Shown here in pieces: positions 53,463 to 64,000 of a stretch of 64,000 nt of DNA. The stretch comes from Desulfomicrobium sp. (GTDB lineage: Bacteria > Desulfobacterota > Desulfovibrionia > Desulfovibrionales > Desulfomicrobiaceae), in the NCBI GenBank assembly GCA_040768745.1, contig JAXGMI010000001.1, positions 756,805 through 820,804 of the forward strand. The letters run 5' to 3'. The notes under the pieces were generated by a model. The model ran no database searches. It was not told the DNA's origin and saw only the letters and a program-made list of their open reading frames with translations. Made by a program: the position numbers and the translations under genes. Within the stretch, counting starts at the first letter, position 1, and each line of letters starts with the position of its first letter.

Positions 53463-54194
53463 GTGAACGACCTGCTGCCTTCCGGCATAGACGCACTGTC
53501 CAACATCTACGAGGCCCTGATCAAGGCTGGTGTGTCCGGACACGAAAAAATGGAAAGCGTCGGCCTGACCACCTTCTTCATTCTGCTCGTGGTGTCTTTT
53601 TTCGCTTCGCTCTACATCTCCAGGCTGTACGTCCGCTTCTATCGCCCCCGCGGCACCGGGAGCCTGGCCTACCGCTCCTTTCCCCTGCTGGGAGTCTCCA
53701 TCACAGCCATCTTCATCTGCGTGCAGTTTTCCCTGCCCCTGTCCCTCGGTCTCCTCGGCGCCCTGTCCATTGTCCGCTTCCGCACGCCCATCAAGGAACC
53801 GGAAGAAGTCGGATTCATCATGCTGACCATCGCCGCGGCCATCTCCTGCGCGACGTTCAACCTGATGTTCCTGCTCATTCTCCTGGCCGTGGCCACCCTG
53901 GGACTCTTTCTCATCAACTGGCGGGGGATGCCCCTGGCCAACAGCGAGCAGGGCACAATCCTCGTCAATCTTCCCGGCACCGATGCAGGGACCGTCTCGG
54001 ACTGCCTTTTGCCCACAGTTTTGGGGCTGGACGGCGTGCGGCTCATCTCCGTGGTGGAAACCCCTGAAGGTACGGCGGTGACGCTCCGTTTCGCCAAAGG
54101 GGGCTCCGACCTTCTGGCCGCGATGCGCGGCGCGGCCCTGAACTGTGCCAAGGATGCCACCGTGAGCATGTTCAACGACCAGGTCAGCATCTGA
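53463..54194 (+). CDS. DUF4956 membrane protein
   Basis: SLPLSLGLLGALSIVRFRTPIKEPEE. Confidence 0.85.
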   Translation: MNDLLPSGIDALSNIYEALIKAGVSGHEKMESVGLTTFFILLVVSFFASLYISRLYVRFYRPRGTGSLAYRSFPLLGVSITAIFICVQFSLPLSLGLLGALSIVRFRTPIKEPEEVGFIMLTIAAAISCATFNLMFLLILLAVATLGLFLINWRGMPLANSEQGTILVNLPGTDAGTVSDCLLPTVLGLDGVRLISVVETPEGTAVTLRFAKGGSDLLAAMRGAALNCAKDATVSMFNDQVSI

Positions 54195-55759
54195 TGCGCC
54201 GGCTCCTGGGCCAGCCCTTGTTTCTCTTCCTTCTGCTCTGCGTGCTGGCCTTCCTTTTTTTCAGCACCGGACTGGACGACTGGGGTCAGCGCCAGGCTGA
54301 GCACATTGCCCTGTTACGCGATGATTTCGGCACTGCCCGCAAGGACAGCCTGCTCAAGAAGCTGGGACTGCCCAGGGTCACGCATCCCCAAACCGGACAC
54401 CTGGTGGAGGGTGCCAGAAACGACCTCAGCTCGCTGCCCGTTATGTCCCTGCGAGCAGTGGCCATCCGGGTGGCCGAAGCGGACCTATCAGACCCTGAAA
54501 AAGGGCTCCAGACCAACAGCCGCCAGCGAGGCCGGGAATGGGAGCGCCCGGCAGGCGTGGCCGTCCTGCGGAACGGGCAGGAACTCCTGGCCGCGCCGGC
54601 AGGCATCCGCCTCCAGGGCAACCGGGCCACCAGGGACATGCTGCACAGTTTTCGCCTCTATTTCCGGGCTAGCTACGGCGAGAACACGGTGCCCGGATCG
54701 GCGTTCCTGGATGACGCACACATGAACGTCCGCAAGATTGTCCTGCGCAAGGAAAAGAACCCGGTGCCCGGATTCGTGACCATGCTGGCCTTTGACGTGG
54801 CCAGAAGGGTTGGATCCATGACCCCGGACTATGCCCCGGTACACATGTTCCTGAACGGCCGCAGCCTGGGCCTCGGTCTGGCCAGTGAACACGTCAACCG
54901 CACCCACTGGGAACGCCGGCTTGGGCACAGAAACTTCGCCTTCTATGTCCTGGAAGCTGAAAATTCTGTCCTGGACAGCGCGCAGTACAAGGCGCTGCGT
55001 TTCCGTCTCGATCCCTTCTTCGGGCTCTGGGAGTACGATCGCGTGGCAGAGATCCTGGATGTGAATGACTTCATGCGCGCCATGACCTGCTTCGCCTTCG
55101 TGCAATGGCAGGACTGGAACCAGGGCGCCCTGATCCTGGATCGGACCGAGGCCGGTCCGCGCTGGAAAAGCGTGCTGTGGGACGCGGATCTGGCTTTTGC
55201 CGGGTTGCGGTCAGACGGCGTGCCCGAAAACAGGGCCGGATGGAAGAACCTGCGCGATGCCCATGGACTGCGGGCCGCTGTTTTCAAGGGCATGTGGGAA
55301 AACAGTCAACAGTTCCGGGAGGAATTTCTGCGGCTCTTGAGCTGGACCATCAACCACCGCCTGACCAGGGCATGGATCGAAGAACGGATTCGACACTACA
55401 CCGGCCTGGAAACCGACAGCGGTCTGGACTGTTTCGACGCGGGGGTGGCCCTCACCTATCTCCTGCAGCGGCGTGTGGATCTCCTGGCCGAAACGACCAG
55501 GGATCTGGGCGCTCCGGACGTGATCGCCTGCCGGGTCGAAAGCCCCCAACCCGTGGTGGTCGACGATGAAAGGGTCACGACAAGCTATGAAGGCCTCTAT
55601 TTCCGGGGGCAGGCAATCACCCTGGCCCCACAGCCCCACGCATCGTTTTCCCACTGGATCGTTGACGAACGGCACGTCCACGAACCCCGTCTGACCCTCG
55701 AACTCCAAAGAGACACCGTGGTCAGGGCTGCATTTTTCCCTTCCGCCAATCCTTCCTAG
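54194..55759 (+). CDS. CotH-family kinase, exported/anchored
   Basis: N-terminal hydrophobic segment; GIRLQGN, SFRLYF, FLNG..LG..EH, DWNQ, WDADLAF. Confidence 0.75.
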   Translation: MRRLLGQPLFLFLLLCVLAFLFFSTGLDDWGQRQAEHIALLRDDFGTARKDSLLKKLGLPRVTHPQTGHLVEGARNDLSSLPVMSLRAVAIRVAEADLSDPEKGLQTNSRQRGREWERPAGVAVLRNGQELLAAPAGIRLQGNRATRDMLHSFRLYFRASYGENTVPGSAFLDDAHMNVRKIVLRKEKNPVPGFVTMLAFDVARRVGSMTPDYAPVHMFLNGRSLGLGLASEHVNRTHWERRLGHRNFAFYVLEAENSVLDSAQYKALRFRLDPFFGLWEYDRVAEILDVNDFMRAMTCFAFVQWQDWNQGALILDRTEAGPRWKSVLWDADLAFAGLRSDGVPENRAGWKNLRDAHGLRAAVFKGMWENSQQFREEFLRLLSWTINHRLTRAWIEERIRHYTGLETDSGLDCFDAGVALTYLLQRRVDLLAETTRDLGAPDVIACRVESPQPVVVDDERVTTSYEGLYFRGQAITLAPQPHASFSHWIVDERHVHEPRLTLELQRDTVVRAAFFPSANPS

Positions 55760-57294
55760 TGCGCTGCCTCGGGCATGTGCGCCCCGTGATCCGGGCGGCG
55801 GATGACCCACATGAACCCCGCCAGGCTGAGAAAGAACAGGGCCTGCACAAAAAAAACATCCACATAGGCCATGTATGCGGCCTGCTGCTGGACATACTGG
55901 TAGATGACCCCCAGGGCCTCATGGGGGGTGAGATCCATGAGCCGTTCCAGGGCGTCCCGGGCCTGGGCCAGGGGCGGATCATAGGGGGTGAGATGCTCCA
56001 CCAGCCGATGCTGGTGGAACTGGGCACGCCGCGCCAGAAGCGTGGTCACGAAGGCCGTTCCAAAGGATCCGCCCAGGTTGCGCAGCAGGCTGAAGAGGGC
56101 CGAAGCATTGTTCATGCTCTCGCGCGGAATGTAGGCCATGGTCAGAAAGGACAGGGGCACGAAGAAAAAGGCGATGCCAACTGCCTGCATGTTGCGCCCA
56201 AGAATGGCCGTGCCGATATCGATCCGCAGGGTGAAACGGGACATGAAGACGAGGGACAGGCCCGAGATGAGCAGACCCAGGCAGAGCAGCAAGCGTGCGT
56301 CGATCTTTTCCGTCAGCTTGCCGACCATCGGCAGCAGAAGGAGCATGATGGCCCCGCTGGGCCCCAGCACCAGCCCGGCCAGAAAGGAGGTGTAGCCCAT
56401 CAGGTTCTGCAGATACATGGGCAGGAGTACGATGGACCCGAAAAAAGCAAAAAAGCCAAAAAACATGATCACGTTGCCCGCCGCAAAATTTCGATACTGA
56501 AATGTGCGCAGATTGACGATCGGATTTGCATGCCTGAGTTCCCACCAGACAAGGACTGCAAGGCATACTCCGGCCAGGATGCTCAGGATGACGATCTGCT
56601 CCGAAGCGAACCAATCCTCCTGCTGACCCTTGTCCAGAACTATCTGCAGGCTGCCCAGTCCGACGGACAGGAGGGCCAGACCCAGGCAGTCGACCTTCTC
56701 TCCTGACAAACGGCGCTGCTGGTAGGGCGGATCGAAGATAAAGGCCCAGCACATGTACAGGGCGACCGCGCCGATGGGCACATTGATGTAGAAAATCCAG
56801 ATCCAGGAATAATTGTCAGTGATGTAGCCACCCAGAAGAGGGCCCAGGATGGGGCCGAGCACTGCGCCCATGGCGTAGATGGCCATGGCCAAGCCGCGCT
56901 GCTGGGGCGGAAAGGTTTCAAGCAGGATGGCCTGGGACATGGGCTGCAGCCCCCCTCCGCCGACCCCCTGGATGATGCGGAAAAACACCAGTGCCTCCAG
57001 GCTCTGGGCCAGGCCGCAGAGCATGGAGGACAAGGTGAACACCGCCACCGAGGCCATGAGGTAGTTCTTGCGACCCATCAGCCGGGCCAGCCAACCGCTC
57101 ATGGGGATAATAACGGCGTTGGAAACCAGATAGGAGGTCAGGACCCAGGTCACCTCGTCCTGACCAGCGGACAGGGAACCCTGGATGTGGCTCAAGGCCA
57201 CATTGGCGATGGACGTATCCAGGATCTCCAGCAGTGTCGGGATCATGACGCTCAACGTGATGAGCCACTTGCCCGTAACGCGATCCCTGGCCAT
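55756..57294 (-). CDS. emrB: DHA2-family MFS efflux pump (EmrB/QacA)
   Basis: LDTSIANVAL, WVLTSYL, FRIIQG.GGG.LQP, GPILGPLLGG; 14 TM. Confidence 0.9.
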   Translation of the reverse strand: MARDRVTGKWLITLSVMIPTLLEILDTSIANVALSHIQGSLSAGQDEVTWVLTSYLVSNAVIIPMSGWLARLMGRKNYLMASVAVFTLSSMLCGLAQSLEALVFFRIIQGVGGGGLQPMSQAILLETFPPQQRGLAMAIYAMGAVLGPILGPLLGGYITDNYSWIWIFYINVPIGAVALYMCWAFIFDPPYQQRRLSGEKVDCLGLALLSVGLGSLQIVLDKGQQEDWFASEQIVILSILAGVCLAVLVWWELRHANPIVNLRTFQYRNFAAGNVIMFFGFFAFFGSIVLLPMYLQNLMGYTSFLAGLVLGPSGAIMLLLLPMVGKLTEKIDARLLLCLGLLISGLSLVFMSRFTLRIDIGTAILGRNMQAVGIAFFFVPLSFLTMAYIPRESMNNASALFSLLRNLGGSFGTAFVTTLLARRAQFHQHRLVEHLTPYDPPLAQARDALERLMDLTPHEALGVIYQYVQQQAAYMAYVDVFFVQALFFLSLAGFMWVIRRPDHGAHMPEAAH

Positions 57295-57296
57295 GG

Positions 57297-58502
57297 CTAA
57301 TCCAGATGAATGATCGGCACCACACTCATGCCCAGACGCAAGGACTCGGTGCCGTTGAGCGGATCAAGACCGATCCTGACCGGAATGCGCTGCACCACTT
57401 TGACATAATTGCCCATGGCATTTTCCGGAGGGAAGAGGGAAAAGACCGCCCCGGTTCCGGCCATGACGGATTCGACCCAGCCAGTGAACTCTCGACCCGG
57501 AAAGGCATCGACCTCGAGGCTCACCCGCTGTCCTGGGCGGACCCTGGCCAGCTGGGTTTCCTTGAAATTGGCCGTGATCCAAAGCTGGCCGTGATTGAGA
57601 GGCACCAAGGCCAGCAGTGGCTGGCCAGCAGACACCAGCTGCCCGACCTCGACCTTCTTCTTGGTGACGTGTCCGCTGACCGGAGCCAGAATACGGGTAT
57701 ATCCCAAATCCAATTCCGCTTTGCGCACCTTTTCCTTGGCCAAGACCACCCGCGCTTCCTGGGCCGCCACCTCCAGGTCCTTGATGCTGGCGACCTCGTG
57801 CCCGGTTCCGGCCAGCCCGATATTGGCCCTCAGGCTGGCTACGTTTTCCCGCAACGAGGCCAGGTTGCGCCCAGCCGCGGCGGCCTTGTCCCGGGCCCCG
57901 GCGGCCTGGGCCCTGGCGCTGTCCAGGGTGGTCTGCGCCGTGTCCAATGCAGATTGGGCAATGATCTGCTGGCGGCGCAGGGTCTCCAGTCGGCCAAAAT
58001 TGAGTTCGGCGTTTCTCGACTCCGCCTCGGCGTGCAACGCAAATTGCCGTGCAGCAGCCTCCTCCAGGGCCGCCTGATCCAGGCTGCGCAGAAGACTGTC
58101 CAGCTGGGCCCTGGCCCCGGCGACCTGCAGCTCCGTCTGCGTCTTTTGCAGGGGCACACCCCTGCGCAGGGAGGCCAGCTGGGCTTCGGCCGCTGCGAGA
58201 TCAGCCCGGGCCTGGGCCACAGCCACCTCGTACCCCACGGGATCGAGCCCCAGAAGGGGTTGCCCTGCCTGGACCAGCTCATTGTCCAGCACGAGATCCT
58301 CCTGGACATAGCCTGCCACGCGCGGAGTAATCTGATGGATCCACCCGTCCACAAAGGCGTCGTCCGTGGAGACCCGGTTCAGGCCCCGCACGTATTCGAA
58401 AATCCCGAATCCCGCTCCAAGCAGAACGAGACACAACAGAATGATCCGTTTCCATCCGGCCCGACCACTGGTTTCGAGGGACGTGTCCGATGCTGCGCTC
58501 AT
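57297..58502 (-). CDS. emrA: HlyD/EmrA-family membrane fusion protein
   Basis: STDDAFV, ANFKETQL, FSLFPPENA.GNYVKVVQRIPVRI. Confidence 0.9.
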   Translation of the reverse strand: MSAASDTSLETSGRAGWKRIILLCLVLLGAGFGIFEYVRGLNRVSTDDAFVDGWIHQITPRVAGYVQEDLVLDNELVQAGQPLLGLDPVGYEVAVAQARADLAAAEAQLASLRRGVPLQKTQTELQVAGARAQLDSLLRSLDQAALEEAAARQFALHAEAESRNAELNFGRLETLRRQQIIAQSALDTAQTTLDSARAQAAGARDKAAAAGRNLASLRENVASLRANIGLAGTGHEVASIKDLEVAAQEARVVLAKEKVRKAELDLGYTRILAPVSGHVTKKKVEVGQLVSAGQPLLALVPLNHGQLWITANFKETQLARVRPGQRVSLEVDAFPGREFTGWVESVMAGTGAVFSLFPPENAMGNYVKVVQRIPVRIGLDPLNGTESLRLGMSVVPIIHLD

Positions 58503-61055
58503 TGTTTCACCCTGGTCCAAAGATCAAATAACTGGCCGGTAAACCTGTCCCTCATCAATGGCAAGAGCGAAGTCTAGGGGGCAATCCGGGCGGCCCAGTC
58601 CACGGGCAGGCGCACGGCCTTTCCGGCCTTGTTGCGGAAGAGCAGATGGCCGTGACGGAGGCCGAACTCGAATAGATCGCGGGTCACGGCCACATCATGG
58701 CGGCAGTACTCGAGGATTTCCCCCAACCTTCCCTCCTTCCACCAGGCCAGGGCCTGCATGCCGCTGGCGGTCTTGGCTGCGCCGAGGGTTTCCCTGGCCA
58801 AATGATCCAGGGACAGACGGTAGCCGAGGATGGCGTGGATGTCGGCCAGGATATCCAGGGTGGGCAACGTTGAAAAATCGAATCGGCTCAGCCCTCCGAG
58901 GACGGCGAAGTCGAAACGAAGGATGTTGAACCCGACCACCAGATCGTATTCGACCAGATCTCCGACCAGACGAGACACGTCCTCCTGCAGATACTCGCGA
59001 AACTCGCCCGAGACCGAATCGTGTACCACCACGCAGCTCACCCCCATCAGATCGGCTCTGTGCCAGCCACCGACCTCCTGGGCTGAGCGCCGGGTTTCCA
59101 GGTCCAGGACGGCGTAGCGAAAACCGTCAAGCATCCGTATTCCGGCTGCAACTGGGGCCTGTTGCCGGGACGACGGGGCACAGCCCTCAGCCATGGACGT
59201 TTGCCCGGCCCGCGCAGCCGACCTTGGGCCCTGCACAGGCACAGCGGGAGGGGCAGCCTCGGCGGGCTGGAATGCACCTGGCCCCTCTCCGGCAACACCG
59301 GACTGGGGCCGCCCGCGTATGACCCCGTCCAGCAACCGCAGGGCTGCGCTCTTGGAAATGGGCCGGTTGCCTGACCCGCATTTGGGAGAGTGCACGCAGG
59401 ATGGGCAGCCGGTCTCGCACCCACAAGAGCGGATGGCGGCCATGGTCCGCTCCAGCAGCCTTTCGTATTGAGCATACGCCTCGTCCACCAGACCGCAGCC
59501 TCCAGGGAGCCCGTCGTAGATGAAGATGGCCCCGGACCCGACCTGGGGGTGGAAGGGTGTTGAAATCCCGCCCAGGTCGTTGCGATCGGCCAGAACCAAG
59601 AGCGGCATCATGCCGATGGCCGCATGCTCGATGGCGTGGATGCCCCCCATGAAGTGCACCATCTCCCTCTCCACCTGCCTCCGGAGGTCTTCGGGGATGG
59701 CGATCCACACCCCGCGGGTGACGAAGACCAGGGGCTCCATGTCCAGCAGCTCGGTCCCCAGATTTTTCCCGCTGCGCACGCTGATGCGGTCGTAGCCTGT
59801 GACCTGATCCGTGACCCGCACCCGGCCCAGATGGACCATGGCCCCGAGCACGACCCTCGACGCGGCGATTTCGATGATCTCCGTGGACTTCTCATGACGG
59901 ACCCTGGTGTAATAGCCGACATTGGCCCGCCTGGCCCTCACCAGCCCCGCACCCAGGTCCAGATCTTCAACCAGATAGGTCTGGCCCCGGTGCAGGTAGA
60001 CCGCTCCAGGATGGGTTTCGAGCACAGCCCGGAAGCGGTCCACCAACCCGATGCGTTCCCCGCTCTCCACATCGATGATGGGCAGGGTCGCACCAGTGCC
60101 GCGCAGGCTGACGTCCCGCTGCGGCTGTCGGGCCCTGGAGAAATACTCCTGCCCGTCCCCGCTGCGCAAAAGATCTCCATAGCGGGTCATTTCCGCGACG
60201 AGAGCGGCGTGTTCGCGGACCAAGGGCTCATCCCGCCCCAGGGAATGCTCGGCAGCCGCACAGCAGAGATGACTGGCCGCGATGACCGGGTTGCCGGGGT
60301 TGATCACCGCCCGTTCCGGCTGCATGGCGAAGAACTCGTCCGGGTTGTGCATGAAATACTGGTCCAGGGCATCCTCGTGTCCGATGAACACGGTGGCGGC
60401 CTCCTGGCCACCCCTCCCCACCCGCCCGGAACGCTGCAAAGTAGCCATGATGGAACCGGGATACCCGACCAGGATGCACAGATCCAGACCGCCTATGTCG
60501 ATCCCCAGCTCCAGGGCGCTGGTGGATATGACGGCCAGAAGCTCGCCTGATCCAAGCCTGGCCTCGATCTCCCGGCGCTCTTCGGGCAGGAAGCCTGCCC
60601 GGTAGGCGGGGATGCGTTCCCGCTGTCTGGCCTCGCGCTGCCCGGCCCACAGGGCTATGAGTTCGGTCATCTTGCGGGACTTGCAGTACACGATGGTCCT
60701 CAGACCCAGACGCAGTGCCTCCTGGAGCAATCCGATGGCTTTTTGGGCCGCGCCCTCCACGCCATTCATGAGCACGATGTGCTTGGGAGGACTCGCGGCC
60801 GTCCCCTCCAGCACGACTTCCATGGGCAGGCCGGTCAGGCTGGCGGCGAGCTCTGCCGGGTTGGCGATAGTGGCCGAGGAACAGACGAAGGTCGGCCGGG
60901 CGCCGTACAATTCACACAGGCGGAGCAGCCGCCGGAAGACCCAGGCCATGTGCGAACCCATCACGCCTCTGTAGGTATGCACCTCGTCCACAACGACAAA
61001 ATGGAGATGGGCGAAAAACCCGGCCCATTTTTCATGGCTGGGCAGAATGCCCAGA

Positions 61056-62671
61056 CAGACCACTGACAAACCCTCGTCACACTGTCCGGCGAGGGTTTGT
61101 TTTTTCTGACGATGTGTATTTTTCCTGAAATCGTTCAGGAGGCCCTTCTGGGATCAAATTGGGGCGTATTGGCGCTTCTGTTGTTGGAATATCCCGTAAA
61201 TAAAGGACAGAATCATCCCGGCCATGGCGCCCGCCGGGCTTGCTGGCCTGCGGAGTCCCAACCTGGACAAGTGCAGCGCGATTTTCTTCATGTTGAACGC
61301 GGCCGCACACAGCAGGCACTGCTCCAAGACCTTCGAGAGACCACGCATCCGGGCGTAACGATGCCCATGCAGTTCCTTGCAGTCGGCAAAGCTGCGTTCA
61401 ACCGTTTCCTTGCGTCGGGCATAGATGGCCTTGCCACGCTCCGTCAGCCGGTTGGAGTCGATGCGTTCCCGACTATCTTCCCATACGTGGCGCGCTATGA
61501 CCCGTCGGCATATCTTGCTGGTCGTGCATCTCTCAAGAAGCTGACATGCTTTGCAAATCTTGGGATCCGAGGCGTATTCCCGGTAACCCGCCCGGTTGGT
61601 GGTTCGGTAACTCAAAAGGCAGTTTGCAGGGCAGACGTAGCAATCCACTGAGTCGTCGTAGAAAAAATCCTTGCGTCTGAAGCGGCCCGTGTTTTTTCCA
61701 AAACGACGGTAGCCAACCACTCCAAAAATCCCTCTCTCCTCAAGCCCTTTGCAGATTCCTGTCGTCGCGTAGCCAGCATCCAGTCCAACCGCCTCCACTT
61801 CAAAACCAAATCGTTCGCGCTGTCGATCAAGACGATCAAGATACGGTATCGAGTCATGCACATTGCCTGGCGTCACGTACGTATCCGTGATCAGGCCATG
61901 AAGACCGTCCACCGAGCGGTGATCCAGAAAGAAGAACCCCTTGGGCTTGCCGTCCCGGTGCATGTAGCCAGACTCCGGGTCCGTCGTGCTCTGCTTGACC
62001 GTCTTGGTTTCGGGTTCCGGATCGTTCTCTTTCAACGCCTTCTTGCCGTGGTCGGCCCGGTCCTGGGCAACGTCCCGCTCCAGATCATCGATGTAATCCC
62101 GCGTGCTCTTGGCAACCTCGGCTTCGACAAACTTGTTCTTGTTGGCGTTGGCCTTGAGGTGGGTCGAATCCGTGTACAGGGTACGACCGTCGATCATCTT
62201 GCGGCGGATGGCCTGAACCACGATCTCGTCGAAAATCTCCTGGTAGACCGTGCTCTGGTTGAAGCGACGGCGGCGGTTCTGGCTGATGGTCGAGGCGTCG
62301 GGAATCTTGTCTTCCAGGCTGAAGCCCAAAAACCAGCGGTAGGCGACATTGACCTTGATCTCCTCAATCAGCCGCCGCTCACTGCGGATGCCGAACAGAT
62401 ACCCCAGAAAGAGCATCTTGAAGAGCACTGTCGGATCAAGAGCCGGCCGGCCGTTGTCCGGACAGTACAGGTCTTTGACCTTGTCGTGGATGAAACGGAA
62501 ATCGATGAACTTGGTGATCTTACGAAGAAGATGATCTTTGGGAACCAAGCGCTCGATGCAGACGAATTCGTACTTCAGTTGTTTGGGTCCTGTGCTGCGT
62601 AACATGTAAGCTTTCATAACAAAACCCCCGTCATTTGACGAGGGTTTTGAGGTGACTTTGTCAGCAGTCTG
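61056..62671 (-). mobile_element. IS1182-family insertion sequence (~1.6 kb)
   Basis: Terminal IR CAGAC(CA/TG)CTGACAAA (13/15); 19-21-bp direct repeat flanks; single DDE transposase. Confidence 0.88.
61154..62605 (-). CDS. IS1182-family transposase
   Basis: LVPKDHLLR, GRPALDP..LFKML, YRWFLG, PDASTIS, DSTH.KANA, LDAGY, RKETVERSFA. Confidence 0.92.
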   Translation of the reverse strand: MLRSTGPKQLKYEFVCIERLVPKDHLLRKITKFIDFRFIHDKVKDLYCPDNGRPALDPTVLFKMLFLGYLFGIRSERRLIEEIKVNVAYRWFLGFSLEDKIPDASTISQNRRRRFNQSTVYQEIFDEIVVQAIRRKMIDGRTLYTDSTHLKANANKNKFVEAEVAKSTRDYIDDLERDVAQDRADHGKKALKENDPEPETKTVKQSTTDPESGYMHRDGKPKGFFFLDHRSVDGLHGLITDTYVTPGNVHDSIPYLDRLDRQRERFGFEVEAVGLDAGYATTGICKGLEERGIFGVVGYRRFGKNTGRFRRKDFFYDDSVDCYVCPANCLLSYRTTNRAGYREYASDPKICKACQLLERCTTSKICRRVIARHVWEDSRERIDSNRLTERGKAIYARRKETVERSFADCKELHGHRYARMRGLSKVLEQCLLCAAAFNMKKIALHLSRLGLRRPASPAGAMAGMILSFIYGIFQQQKRQYAPI

Positions 62672-63195
62672 GCTGGGCAGAATGCCCAGATGCAGCATGT
62701 CCGGATTGGTGAAGAGGATGTTCGGCGGATTCTGGCGGATGCGGGTCCGCTGCGAGGAAGAGGTGTCGCCGTCGTAGATAGCCGTTCGTGGCGTGGGGAA
62801 GAGGCTGGCGGCCAGACGGTCCAGGACTCGGCGCTGGTCCTGAGCCAGGGCCTTCAAGGGAAAGAGATAGAGGGCCCGGGCGCTGCTGTCTGCGTGACAG
62901 GCCTCCAGAACCGGCAGGTTGTAGACCAGCGATTTGCCGCTGGCCGTAGGCGTGGCCACGACCACGTGCCGGCCGGCCCGGGCCAGATCCACGGCCAGGG
63001 CTTGATGGGCATAGAGTGCGCGCACTCCAAGCAAGTCCAGGGCCCGCTGCACCGGACCGGGCCAGGGCTTGGCCGGTGTGGAAAAGCGGGGAGACTGGGC
63101 CGGAAAAAAACGACGGCCGGCAAGGCAGGTGGCAAGCCAGGGAGTCTCCTCCACCAGGCGCAGAAATGCCCGCACGCCCGTGTCCATGTGAGGAC

Positions 63196-64000
63196 TCAAT
63201 TCCTGGCCGCTATCCTGTATTTTTTGAGCTTGTACTGTAGTAGACTCTTGGACACATCCAGCAGCTCGGCTGCTTTGACCTGCACAAAGCCGGAATGGAC
63301 CAACGCGCGCCGGATCAGGGCTGCCTCGATCTTCTCCAGGGTTTCGGACAGGTTGACCTTCAGGGGCAGAAGGTCCACGGCGCTCTTGAACTGCGTCTCC
63401 TCGTCCCGCAGTTCGGCCGGAAGGTCGTCCACGTCGATGGTGTCACGGCTGGAAAGGACCACGCAGCGCTCGATGACGTTCTCCAGCTGCCGCACATTGC
63501 CCGGCCATTCGTAGGCTGAAAGATAGTCGATGGCCCCGGCGGTGAACCCGTGCATCTGCCGGTTGTTCTCCAGGGCAAATTTTTTCAAAAAATGGCTGGC
63601 CAGGATGGGGATGTCCTCGCGGCGCTCACGCAACGGCGGCAGATGAATATTGACCACGTTCAGGCGGTAGAACAGGTCCTCCCTGAACCGTCCCGCCGTG
63701 ATCTCGTCCTGGAGATTCTTGTTGGTGGCGGCCACCAAACGAAAATCCACGGCAATGCTCTCGGTCCCTCCGACCCTTTCGATGACCCGCTCCTGCAAGA
63801 CACGCAACAGCTTGACCTGCATTTCGGCCGATAATTCGCCGATTTCATCCAGAAAAAGGGTCCCCCCCTGGGCCAGTTCGAAACGGCCGCGCTTGAGGGC
63901 CACAGCGCCCGTAAAAGAGCCCTTCTCGTGGCCGAAGAGTTCGCTCTCCAGCACCCCGGGGTTGAGGGACATGCAGTTGACGGAAATGAACGGCATCTCT
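63196..64000 (-). CDS. Sigma-54-dependent transcriptional activator, C-terminal part (partial)
   Basis: [42 protein letters not shown]-terminal Fis-type HTH. Confidence 0.93.
   Translation of the reverse strand, partial: EMPFISVNCMSLNPGVLESELFGHEKGSFTGAVALKRGRFELAQGGTLFLDEIGELSAEMQVKLLRVLQERVIERVGGTESIAVDFRLVAATNKNLQDEITAGRFREDLFYRLNVVNIHLPPLRERREDIPILASHFLKKFALENNRQMHGFTAGAIDYLSAYEWPGNVRQLENVIERCVVLSSRDTIDVDDLPAELRDEETQFKSAVDLLPLKVNLSETLEKIEAALIRRALVHSGFVQVKAAELLDVSKSLLQYKLKKYRIAARN

Larger units (their letters stand above)
58574..63187 (-). pseudogene. DEAD/DEAH helicase (DUF1998, MrfA/YprA-like) fused to C-terminal DEDD-type exonuclease, split by IS
   Basis: 5' part 62672-63187 (PTASGKS, FPLKALAQDQ); 3' part 58574-61055 (DEVH, SATIANP, QRSGRVGR, CGC..GCPSC, DLET..GFN..FD..YC..DV); removing the IS restores NPDMLHLGILPSHEKW. 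Confidence 0.9.

Overview
GC-rich bacterial chromosome segment; gene content suggests a Desulfovibrionales-type sulfate reducer (inference). 1-8.3 kb is housekeeping: partial rimO, a radical SAM gene, ihfA, rlpA, aldehyde:ferredoxin oxidoreductase, a CLC-CBS channel, ribF and tRNA-Leu(CAG). 8312-38731 is a precisely bounded 30,420-bp Mu-like transposable prophage (TGT...ACA ends, 5-bp GGGTC target duplication) with a non-contractile tail. It is defective: a deletion fuses the transposase A N-terminus to gemA (DDE core and MuB lost), the terminase has an apparent in-frame deletion, and the tape measure gene has an amber stop. It still carries intact ends, repressor, lysis genes, a MuF-metallopeptidase toxin/immunity pair, an HU gene in the head operon, a capsid protein with a signal-peptide-like leader, Cys-rich and cadherin/LamG tail-tip proteins, and morons at both ends. 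To the right lie a yedE/yedF cassette bracketed by the tRNA-Leu and a degenerate tRNA-Leu copy, a small accessory patch (J-domain + HIRAN, hicAB, MmeI-like remnant), a Na,K-ATPase-like pump operon with two TrkA proteins and a DUF190-CBS protein, a reversed motB-motA-like pair, ferredoxin, a VTC-DUF4956-CotH operon, EmrAB-type efflux genes, a DUF1998 helicase-exonuclease split by an IS1182-family element with a long palindromic target duplication, and a partial sigma-54 activator.
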